DNA of 64,000 bases. It comes from Antedon mediterranea. Lineage: Eukaryota; Animalia; Echinodermata. How positions within the stretch are numbered: position 1 is the first letter of the stretch; each line of letters starts with the position of its first letter. Location of the stretch: positions 24,163,432 to 24,227,431 of the forward strand of contig NC_092679.1 in NCBI RefSeq assembly GCF_964355755.1, read 5' to 3'. A program made the position numbers and the translations under genes. Positions 12,801-24,800 of the stretch are shown here, one piece after another. The notes under the pieces were generated by a model. It worked only from the letters and a program-made list of their open reading frames with translations. It made no database searches and had not been told where the DNA came from.

Positions 12801-15800
12801 CTTGCTGAACGGTGGGTTGTACCACAGAATGTCTTTTCGTTGTCTGTTTTTTCGTCTTGTCTGGGTTACCGGCTCGTATTTTAGTGTGTACTGGTATCCA
12901 CTGTCGTTGAGAGTTTTCTGGTATACAGGGGCGGCTTGGTTGAATGAATTCTTGTCGGATGACAAGGACGAGAGTCGTTTGTTTATTCCGGCGGGTATAT
13001 TCTTTAGGATGGTCGGTGGGTGGTTACTTTGTTGATGGATATACTGTAACGTGGCGTTTGGTTTGGTGTAGAGCTGGTATGTGTTCCTCGCTAGGTTTAG
13101 TGTGACGTCTAAGAAGTTAATGACTTGTTTGTTTGCTTCTATGGTAATGCGTAGGCCGTTATCTTTGAATATTTGGCATATGTCTTTTTTAATGTTTTCT
13201 GTGCTTTTAGGTGTGGTGTCTGTGACAGCAAGGCCGTCATCTCTGTAAAGTCCTATGTTGATTCCGAGTTTCTGTTGTAATTGGTGTAACAGGAAGCTTC
13301 CAACAAGTTCACACGTTTCTGCGCCATCATAACTACCCATAGTCACATCGAATGCTGTGGGGCCTTTCTTTTGCCATGGTTGCTGTTTGTGTGATAATAT
13401 TGATGTTTTGGTATGTACGATGATGTCTCTTTCGTCGTTGGTAATATCATCGTATCTATTAGCGAAGTCTAGTGCTTTATTCAGCAGGTCATTGCTGATA
13501 GAGGGGTAAAATTCTACGATGTCGAAGCATATAAAGTTGTGTTGTTGTTTCTTGTCGATGCTCTTAAACCATTCGATGACCAATGAGGTATTTTTCCATT
13601 GATTGGTGCGTAGTTTTGATGTAATTTTGCTGTTAATACGATCGAGTATAGTTTTGCTTATCTTGCCTATCTCTGATTTGGTCGGGTTTATTAATCGGCA
13701 AGTAGGTTTGTTAGTGAAGTTCGGTTTGTGGTCTTTGAGGGTTATGAAAGCATCTTTATTTGCAGTTGTATCCACTCTGTCGGCGATGTTCAATTTTGTT
13801 GCAATACTTTTGTTTTTTCTATGAATCGTTTGTACGAGTTCAGATTCTGCTTTCTTGTATGATTTGGTGATGTTTTCTTCTAGGAGGTTGTCATACGTCG
13901 GTGGGTCTAGTTTGTAGAAATTTGTGGTTTTAGCTCTACTTTACCGTATTGAGCACTTTTTAGACGGTTACATTGAACCGAACATTTATATATATATATA
14001 TATATAAATCCAAAGGCAAGTTACTGAAAAAAATGACAATGCTGTGGGTATCAGTGGCTGGATCTCAATGGAGATACAAAAATAAAAAGCGAAAAGCTAA
14101 ATCAAAACGATAAATTAAACAGCCAGAAAAGTTAGCAGAGCTTTCGGGCAACACTAGCCCTTCATATATATATATATATATATAAATCCAAAGGCAAATT
14201 ACTGAAAAAAATGACAATGCTGTGGGTATCAGTGGCTGGATCTTAATGGAGATACAAAAATAAAAAGCGAAAAGCTAAATCAAAACGATAAAGTAAACAG
14301 ACAGAAAAGTTAGCAGAGCTTTCGGGCAACACTAGCCCTTCATCAGTGCAAGTGAAGGAATTTGGACGTCATAGTATAAAGCTGGCGAGTGCTGCCTGGG
14401 TGGACAGGAATAAAAGAAATATAACAAAGGGAACCAGGGTGGAGTCTGAATAAGAGCAGAAAACAAAGAAGGTAGCTTGGTAGAGATATAAACAATTTTG
14501 GAATGAGACTAAAAATAATAATAATTTTACCGATCTGGGAGTATGTTCCTAATGTTAAGTCCAAAAGGTTTTGTGGTTTTAAGTAGTAATTCCCAGTGGT
14601 TTTCTTTGTCTTTGCGAGTTTTGTCGCTCCATTTGACATCGTGGTCTATTGCAATAACTCTGAAATTTGCAATCGAGTGACCAGCTGAATTAAAATGTTC
14701 GGCTACAGGTTGATCAAGCTTTAATGTTTTGATAGCTGATCTATGTTGTGTCATTCTCATACGGAGAGTGTTTTTTGTTTCTCCGACGTACTGTTTGCCA
14801 CAAATATTACAGTATATGAGATAAATGACGTTTTTGGTTAGACAATTAATTGATTGTCTTATCCGAAAAATGCGGCCAGTTTGGTTACTCTCAAATTTTT
14901 CAGTAGAATCAACCAATGAACAAGTTTTGTAAGATTTGCCGCAAAGGTGACTGCCCAAATTTTGGCTGTCATGAGAGTTAATTTCACTCTTAAATTTGGA
15001 TCTGACTAATATATCACGAAGGTTGGGAGGTCTACGAGATTCAATAATGGGTGGTTCCGGAAAAACAGTCCTGAGACGTTCTGTGGACTGTAGAATGGGC
15101 ATATGTTTCTCAACATATATATATATATATATAAACAAATCAGGCACAGAACATTAATTCTAAACCGCCCGGTAATATACTGAAATTTGATTAATTAATT
15201 TGAAACGATAAAGATGAGGAAATCTGTGAGAATGAGAAAAAGTCGCCCCAACCGAGACTCGAACTCGGACCGCCTGCTTGATATGCAGATGTCCTAACCA
15301 TTAGACCACTGGGGCTTTCATGGTATTGTTCGAACTCGATTGGATAGCGACTCTTTAACATTCTCGGCGTGGTACGGCGGAACAGCACTAGTCCTCAGTT
15401 GTACGCACGCGCACCAGAGATCAAATTGATACGCCCTCATCTTACAGTATTTTTATTCACGAGGCGGGATCTCAGAAGAGATACTTTTATATATATAAAC
15501 AAATCAGGCACAGAACATTAATTCTAAACCGCCCGGTGATATACTGAAATTTAATTAATTAATTTGAAACGATAAAGATGAGGAAATCTGTGAGAATGAG
15601 AAAAAGTCGCCCCAACCGAGACTCGAACTCGGACCGCCTGCTTGATATGCAGATGGCCTAACCATTAGACCACTGGGGCTTTCATGGTATTGTTCGAACT
15701 CGATTGGATAGCGACTCTTTAACATTCTCGGCGTGGTACGGCGGAACAGCACTAGTCCTCAGTTGTACGCACGCGCACCAGAGATCAAATTGATACGCCC

Positions 15801-18800
15801 TCATCTTACAGTATTTTTATTCACGAGGCGGGATCTCAGAAGAGATATATATATATATATATACATTAAAACATTAGGCAATGAACATTAATTCGAAACT
15901 GAATATATGGCATATATATATATATAATATGGCAAACTTTACTCTATATTATACTATAATCGTGACAGTTTACCTTCATTCCTGGTGGTAGGAGGCAATG
16001 TGCTGGGTTCAGCAATGACTGGAAGGGTATTTATAAGAGTAAGTATGGAAGACAAATTGTGACAAATTAACTCAAACGAAGGACAATGAACTTGACCGCT
16101 ATAACCACTGATCTGAAAATAGAAAAAATTAAAATCAATTGATACTGTGGCCAGTAAGTTGACAGTTTATCAAGAAACGAAATGTATCTGCGTACGGTAG
16201 AGTTCAAAGGTGACTTACTGAAAGGACATTGTCAGATTGACAAGTATACCATTGCGATTCATCAACTGAGATCTCATAAGTTCCTTGCTCTATGTTGCAT
16301 CGGGTTTGGTAACACTGCCCTCTCAGATCATCTTCTGTAGACGTCTATATAGCAACAAATATTTTAATTTAGGGATCATGTCAAAATTATTCTACTGCAG
16401 CATACTAAATATATTTGATTGCATAATTTCAGTTTTGTTTATGTAGTGTTTATGAGGCAGTCCCTGCAATAAACAGTATATATGATTACTGAGAACAGAT
16501 TGTTCTCAAGAGTAATTACCTTTATGTCATTAATATTCAGGTTATTTATATATTCATTATTCTCTATATTCATTAAAACCTGACCACGATACTAAATAAA
16601 ATATATTTACGAATTCGAACCTACTTGATTTAAGTTGCTGACAAAACACTTGCTACCAATGCCAAACTGCTCTTCACTATGTTCTGAATCTTCAGAAACA
16701 TATTTTTCCACAAAACAAGATTCCTACAAAGATATGAAATGAATCAAATATGGCCAGCTGTTTGGGAGTTCAACCAGGACTTTTTGATTTGCAAATGCCA
16801 ACTTAGACAGTGTCGTACGACAAGGCCAGATGAAACAGTATTGATACGTCGGTTCTGTCTTAATTGAACTCCAAAGAGACATGTTGTCTTGTCATAACTT
16901 CGGGCGTAGTTTTAGATTATTTAATATTCAAAGCATGTACAAAAAGAAATGTTTATACATCATTTGAATAAAAAAAAAGTTTATAGTTTCAATGTCGGGA
17001 GAACATTAAACATGTTTAATTTTCTCCCGACAAGATGACTTGTCGGGCCTGGTGGTACGACGTAGTCTGAGTTGGCCTATTTGAGAATGTGCATCTTGCC
17101 ATATGCTCTGTGACTAAGATACAAGTAGACGTATGAAGTCATAAAACTGCGTTTACGTTTACTAAAACCATCAATCAAATGATCTCGCGATAATTTTCTG
17201 GGAATGTAGTACAAAATCATGGGGTAATCGACCATTTATTTCTGCAGCTCCACTTCTCTTTCTTTCAACGATGTTTTAGTTTAATTCTATTTGACTACAA
17301 ACTGTGAATTATCAATTTTTTAAAGGTTATTTCAAATATCAATAGGACTATTTTATCTTACCGTGACTTTAAAAAGAAGACAAGAATCTAAGTAAGTGGT
17401 AGTGGAGCAGCTTGCTTTGTCATTGTGAAGGTAATGACATCCTGGTAAACTGAAAATAAAACAGAGATTAATTTACTTTCAATCAATAAAAAAAGTAAGT
17501 TTCAATGTTATTTTGACAGAGTTCTCTACTTTCTATAAATAATGTCAGTAATCGGGGTAAACAATTTCTGTAGAAAATATAAAAATTGATTAGCTTATGC
17601 ATAACGCCAAATAGTCATTATGCATAACTGCAGTAGAATATTTTTTACATATTCCTTGTTGAGACTTTTGAATGAAAAACCAAATTATTAAAATGTTTTT
17701 ACCTTTCATTCGTGCAAAAGAAAAGTGAATCTGTACAGGTGTCAGGTAGTCCAAAGTCACAGCCTGCATTCATGCCCCACAACATGCTCTGAGCATGCTC
17801 AAAGTTAGCCTTGTACCAACCTGTATCTTCAAATAATGCTAGAGTGATAGGATCCAGAAATGTTACATGGGCCTAGAATAAAAATTTCAAAAACGCTGAT
17901 AATTAATTCCTAACATTTATTTCAATATGCAGGCCTCATCTTTTGAAGATGGTATGTGTGATACAAATTGCACTCCTTAATACATTCAGGGATGCTGTAG
18001 GTGTGCCGTTTGTATATTGGTGTGTAGAAGTTTACCAAATTTAAGTGTGTTGATTGCACTCCTCAAGGGCAGTTTAGGAGGTTGTTAGGTGTTAATATGA
18101 CAAAGGCCTTAGTACGACAATGATAACTTTGAAACGGTATGTTCACATTTGAGGGTCAAATTATTTTAAACAGTTTAAATATACTAAAAGAAAAAACTCA
18201 CTAAAGTAAAACGATTTCAATAAAGTAAAAGTTCTAAATTCCTATAATCTCAAAACTTTTGCTGAAAGTGTATTAAAAGGATACAGTTCTGGAATGGACA
18301 AATGCAATGTCCTCTTCTACATCAACCAACATTGTATATGATCCAGAACAGGCTATGACTTTACCCAATTAAAATAGATATATAGTTCCCACTTTTAACA
18401 TTGCTAGAAATCAAGATTCTTTACTAAAAATGGAAATCTGTTTTCTAACTTCAGTTTGCATTCAGTTCACACTGGCATTCTTACCTCTGTAATAACAGGT
18501 GCCATGATAGATCCAGCCATTACTCTCATTTCCCAGTGTGAACGAGATTGCTGTTGACAATAAAGAAAACCGTTTAATAATACAATATCATTGTAAAGAT
18601 ACTGCAAGTATTTTTGTCAATGTAACTTACAGTAATGAACATGATTCAACAAAGTAATAAAATATTATTATATAGTTTAAAACACAAAAATAATGGAAAA
18701 ATGTTTTAACTTGTGTGCAATATATAGTACATAAAGTACAATAAACCTGCTTTCCATGTAAATGGAGGATTAAAATTGTATTTTATTTTATTTTATTTCA

Positions 18801-21800
18801 TCAAACCCAACAGCAACGAAAGAAACAGAAAAAAGATACAATAAATTATATGAGACAAACTTGAAAATAGATTTGATAGTAACATTCAAAACTAAAGCAA
18901 GTACATTTATTTTGCTTCCTTGTTGTGAAATGATAAATTGATAATCTGTATTTTAAAGTACCACACAGCAACTACAAACAAACACTCACTCAGATATTAA
19001 CTTGGATTTCCACAAACAGATCTATTTAGATGATGATGTAGATGAAAGGTGTCTTTGAAATCTATTAATAGCGTCTTTATAATGGTGATCTACTTGCTGA
19101 TTTTCAGATATGGAGTTCTAGAAAGTTGTGTCCAGTTTGACAATCATTATTATTATCATTATCAAGATCAATCGGTTAAAATCATAGCATCAAGTGAAAT
19201 ATACCAGGTGATTTTGGTTGGAGAAGGTTAGCCTTCAAAGCGGACATTAAGCACTAATTGGTCGAAAAAGATCATTACAGTTAAATGTTCACTGTTGATA
19301 TAATTTCATGAACAACAAGTACTATATACACATGTCAAAATGATGATCAATTACAATATGTCATTCATTCATCAGACGTCACATGGAGAAGACAAAGTGA
19401 CAGTAACACATTTTCTTGTGAATGTTTGAAAGACATCATTGATGGAGAAGAATTCATAGTTCCGTGTAAAATAAGCAGACTGAGAGGCAAATCACAAGTC
19501 ACAAGTGGATGGATCCAAGGAAATCACAGCATTATACATTCTTTCGAATCAGATACTGGAAGTGATGTCAGTTATAATCAGACATTTAAAAGTTTTATTC
19601 TGGAGAAGGATTATTGTTCTACTGTGTTTTAACTTTAGAAAGACATAGTAACTATTATTTATAAAATCTGGTGCCACACACTAACATTGCATGATAAATC
19701 CTAAAATAGTTTACCCATCCTATAATTGGTGAGTTTGTGCTCGCAATTGGATGCGTATGAAAAATGAATGAAAAAAAAATCCATTTTGATCAAGTTATCT
19801 TGCCTGGTGGCAGTATTGTGTAATACTGTTGTACTATTAAATCAAACGAAACATGCAATGTTTTTTTAGTTAACGTGAGCATTTAAAAAAAATTTTGATA
19901 TTGATATTAAAAACAAAAACAAAGGAATTTTGTTGTTTCCTTGTTGCAAAATGATAAATCAATACTTTGTACTAAGTACAAACATCACATACAAACACTA
20001 ACACAGTTATTACTTTGATTCTCCAAAACAGATCAAACTACAGTAGTTTGTAAGATGTCTTTGAAATCTTTTAATAGCGTCTTTGTAATGGTGATCTGCT
20101 TGCTGATATTCAGACATGGAGTTGCAGACAAGTTTGTTCAGTTTGATAATTATTATTATTATTATCATTATTCCTATAGCTCTGTTCAATCTGTGAAAAT
20201 CATACCATCAAGTGAAATTTACCAATTTGTTAAGACAATTACAACTGATTTTACTATTAAAGACAACTCTGAAAAGCACCTCTCACACTATTATTGGACA
20301 GAAAAGCCCACTACAGTTAAATGTTCACTGTTGATATCATTTCTTGACCAACAAGGACTATACACATGTCAAGATGATGATCAATTACAATATATCATTC
20401 ATTCATCAGATGTCGGATGGACAAGACAAAGAAACAGAAAAACATTTTCTTGTGAAGGTTTGAAAGACATCATCGATGGAGAACAGTTTGTAGTTCCATG
20501 TAAAATAAGCAGACTGGATGGCGAATCTGAAGTCACAAGTGGATGGATCCAAGGAAATCACAGCATTATACATTCTTTCAAATCAGATACTGGAAGTGAT
20601 GTCAGGTATAATCAGACATTTAAAGGTTTTTATTCTGGAGAAGGATTATTGTTCTACTGTGTCTTAAGTTTTGCACAATATAATAACTATAATATAAAAA
20701 CTTGGTGCAACACACTAACATTGAAAGTTCACTCACGATTAATTGTTGAGGTCAAAAGGTTATATAAAATGTCTGACACTTCTCCTGTGCTTAATTGCTT
20801 TAAAATTAAATGCTATGCAGAAGGTAGATTTGGTGACAACAAAATTTACCATTGGAGTTTAAATGGAGATAAACTTTCAGAGGATGATGAAAACCAACCA
20901 AGTGAAAGGTGCTTCAATAATTTACAAGCTGGTAAATACACTGTCAAGTGTCTGGTGAGTACTGATGTTCAGAATACCTCAGCTGAGATAGAATTCACAA
21001 CCAAAGATGTTCAGAATGTCTCAGCTGAGACCACAGATAACAATACCAGTACAACAATAATCACAATATTGGCGATTATCGGGAGAATTGGGGTATTAAA
21101 ATCATAGCTTCAACTGTTCTATTAAATGAATGCAACATGGAAAATAACATAATTTTTAAAGTTTAAATAAATTGCATACAAAACAATGTTTATAGTCGCA
21201 TTTATTTTTTCATGTAAAGTGAATATGCTCAAATTTACTAGGCACTGGCGTAGTATTTTGCATGTCTAAGCAAGGGGTTTTATATGATTGACTAATTTTG
21301 CTTCAGCCATACTGTAAGTGAAATGTTCACTTGCCCTTTACTTTAATCATAGCCATAAACTGGATTATTTCAGAAATTTTAAATAATTATAAATAAAAAG
21401 TTACTTGTCTCACCTGATTTTCTAGAGGAACACTGAAGTCTGCCTGAGAACAGTTAAAGTGTTCTTTAGCCTTTTGTTGTACCTTAGGAGTGAGCATGAC
21501 AGTTTGTCCATTATGGTCTGTTGCCAATGTATTCTCTCGTATAGGGCAATCTAATCCTGTTTCTAAAAATACATCATAGAATCTTATAGGTCAGGGTTCA
21601 TAGTTCATATTATTTGTCCAAAGGAAATTCATATTTGATGAACTTATGGAAGGTATAAGAGAGACTTCTACAATGATGAAAAAACTCAGTAATTGCTTTT
21701 GTTGAGACATTTATGGTCTTACATTTAAAAAAAAAAATAATAATAATTTTCTAAAGATGTTTAAAACTGTGGTCATTTTCAACAACCTTCTTCTTAATTT

Positions 21801-24800
21801 ATTCTTTTGGAAAATAAAATTGCTTTGAATTGAACTATGACATTACTATATAGGAGTTTGTGTATTTTGTAAATATTTAAAAATAAAAACAATATTTTAT
21901 TCTCTCTCTTCCCTTACTTTTGCATATTGTAAACAAATTCTTTATAAAGTCTTTCGAGAGTGGAGTTGTTTTGTTGCCATAAGAAACAATCCTGATATTT
22001 TGTTTAGATAAATGAAAGAATAACAACAACAAACTAACCTGAATCTGAGCAGTCTCTAAACTTATCATACAAATGCTGTGTGAAACCTAGTATATGGAAC
22101 ATCTCATGTACCGTTACCTATAAAACAATAAATATATATAAAATATATAGTATCATTAGGCCAAACTAAACATTCTGAAGTTACATAGTTATGTTTTAAT
22201 ATATTTTTAAATTTTACTGTAATGTTATGAAATGAATGAGCAACACCATGTTTGTGGATGCATTCCTGTTGGAAAATACAAAATTTATTAGTTATCGTAT
22301 TTCACAACTTGAGAGCAAAATTGAAGATATTTGGCAGTAAGCAAGATTTGTGGACATGTTTAGGAGTGGTGATTCTCCCAGAAATATATGCCCTTTGAAT
22401 AATAAAACAAAATGTTAAACATACTGTTGTGAGTATATCCAGATCAGAATCTAACTGGTGTGGACACAAGTTTAGCACACCAGCAACTGGCCTTCCATTT
22501 TGATCTACTCTGCAATATTTTGCTTCAGCTAGTACTCCCTATAAAAAAACATAAACAACCATCAGAGTTAATTTATAATTTCAGTGTTTGTCTTACAATC
22601 AAGCAATAAGTAGAGTTCAGATGCACCTCTACCTACATTGGTAAGCAGTTGTGTTTACTATGGTGTCCAGTGCAATATAGTTTGTTTTAAGTTTCATTCA
22701 TTTTTTATATGCACTGTATTTTCACCAGAAAATTTGTTGCTGTGACTACAATGTTTCTCAGAGAAAAAATTGCAATACACTTTCCACTACAAAAGTGTGA
22801 TTTATTAATTTGCATTGCATGACTGCTGAGCTTGTCAATTCATGTAAGTGCTTATGAAAACCCATGTCAACTCATTTCATTTGCTCTGTTGGTTACGATT
22901 TTTTTCACTTCACTAAAAGTAGAAACTGTTCAAACTACTAATTTCACTCAAGGAACTAGAATTTGCCGCAGAATGGGATTTGGAAGATGGAAGAATACGA
23001 ATGCGTATAGCCGACGCTTTCGATTCGCACAAACAGGCTTTAACAAAACAAATTTCCTTACATCTGATGGACAGTCTATAGATGTTACATAGATAACAAC
23101 ATCTGTCTTTTGTAAACCACTGCCCTGTGGTTTAATCTCATGTACTGGGGAGGATTGGGTCGAATCCCACAACCATGCTCCTTCTAGATGATCATCTGGA
23201 ATCTAATAATAAAAGTAAACACATTTTTTAATTTGAATTCTGGAAAATTAATTAGTTTTTGATTTCATTTTGTTCTTTTCTCTCCTCACTTTAATCTATA
23301 TTACGGTTTTTTTTTGCATGTGTTTAACCATTTCCAAAAATGATTGCAACTTTATGAACATTTAGCTCTTCTTTTTTTTTGGAGTCAATCATTTAATATA
23401 ATTTTACATATACTGATTTATGCACAAGCTCAGATTGTGAAGATGAACTTGAGTTAACAATTGGATGCAATTTAAAAAACAGGAATACTTTAAACAGTAA
23501 GAATAATTTTTTTAAAGTTTCAGTTTTAAACAAGAATAAATTTGAATTGAAATAAAACGAAAATGAAGCATCAAAGGGTTATTTTCTTTTCAATATTATA
23601 CAGAATTATTATGTACATTCTACAATCACTTTTTACTTAAATAATTTCATTGTTTAGTAGAAGTTGATAGGACCTTGATGAGTAATTGAATCACTTGAGA
23701 AATATGGTAAATTGTTCTTTTGTAAATACAGGATTTGGGTTTTAATGGCTTTTTATAATGACAAAAGGAGGATTTATTCAAACAATGGAACATACAAAAT
23801 AAATATTATAATTGCAATAATGAATGTTTATGAATTGGATGGCGAGTTGAGTTGAAAGATTTAAGTTAAATATAGCATTCAATCTTTCATCAAATGAATA
23901 TAAACATTCATTATATGTTTTATAACATACCTACTAATTAACTTTTATTCAATTTATCCATCATAAATCAGGGGTTAGGAAGCTAGGCCATTCAAAAAGG
24001 CAGTGCTCCAAATTTGAAGTAGAACAGTTTATAGATGATGCACAATACATATTTTCAATCAACAACCTCGCATGGCAAAATTCTCAAAATGTTTACGGAA
24101 AAGTTAAACATGGATTAGAGCCCATTACCGTCATTAGGTAACTAATACCGAACAACATGTGATGCATATTATCCAATCAAATTTCAAGAATACAATAAGG
24201 TGTGTTATAATAGAATGTATGAACTTACTTGTACAGAATCACAGACTTCATATGCATATCCATGCTGTGCTAACGAACACCTATAACCCATTCGAAAAAT
24301 TAAAAAAAGCTTATGAATTTCAGAAACATTTAGACATGTCAGGGAATTTAAAAGTAGTCACATGCCTACTGTAACTGTAGCTGTATTACAGAAATACTGA
24401 CATTTTAGAATGGGACTGGACCAAGTTTATACATACATTTATGAGACACAGTATAACGGCTATGGAACCAAGGTGGTAGTTGTCCTAGGGGGTAGTTAAC
24501 CTAGGTTAATTGTTTGGGTGGTAGTTGTCCGGGTGGTAGTTGTCCTGAGGGTAGTTGTCCGTTACAATTATTGTAACATAACATTCAACTTACTTTCCTT
24601 GATTAATGCCACTACTGAGTATTCCACTACAGTAATCGTTTAGAGTTCTTTGAAAGATTAGCGTGCCAACCACAGGGATAACTTGAAAATAAAAATGTTT
24701 CAAAATACAGTGATAAGTAAATTAAAACTAATCTATAACAACAATTTCACATATCAGGACACTCGGACAGGAGGTGGGGGATAGACTACCTGTACAATAG

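Larger units (their letters stand above)
12017..13931 (-). mobile_element. Penelope-like retroelement family A (RT plus C-terminal GIY-YIG), 5'-truncated
   Basis: ORF 12186..13793. Coding similarity continues upstream in another frame ([27 protein letters not shown]). The 3' end carries a hammerhead and abuts (TA)n. Confidence 0.92.
15133..15846 (-). mobile_element. Tandem dimer (364-bp period) of a ~350-bp non-autonomous element with an internal tRNA-like gene, (TA)n-flanked
   Basis: Copies at 15133-15482 and 15497-15846. Related pieces at ~11750-11819 (inverted), ~37496-37585 (+) and ~37715-37920 (-). Confidence 0.8.

Noticed and set aside
8141-13824. Short ORFs antisense to the RTE and Penelope ORFs
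   Set aside because: Shadow frames of retroelement coding sequence.
15191-15752. Two 65-aa ORFs (MLFRRTTPR...)
   Set aside because: They overlap the tRNA-like repeat and are better explained as non-coding.
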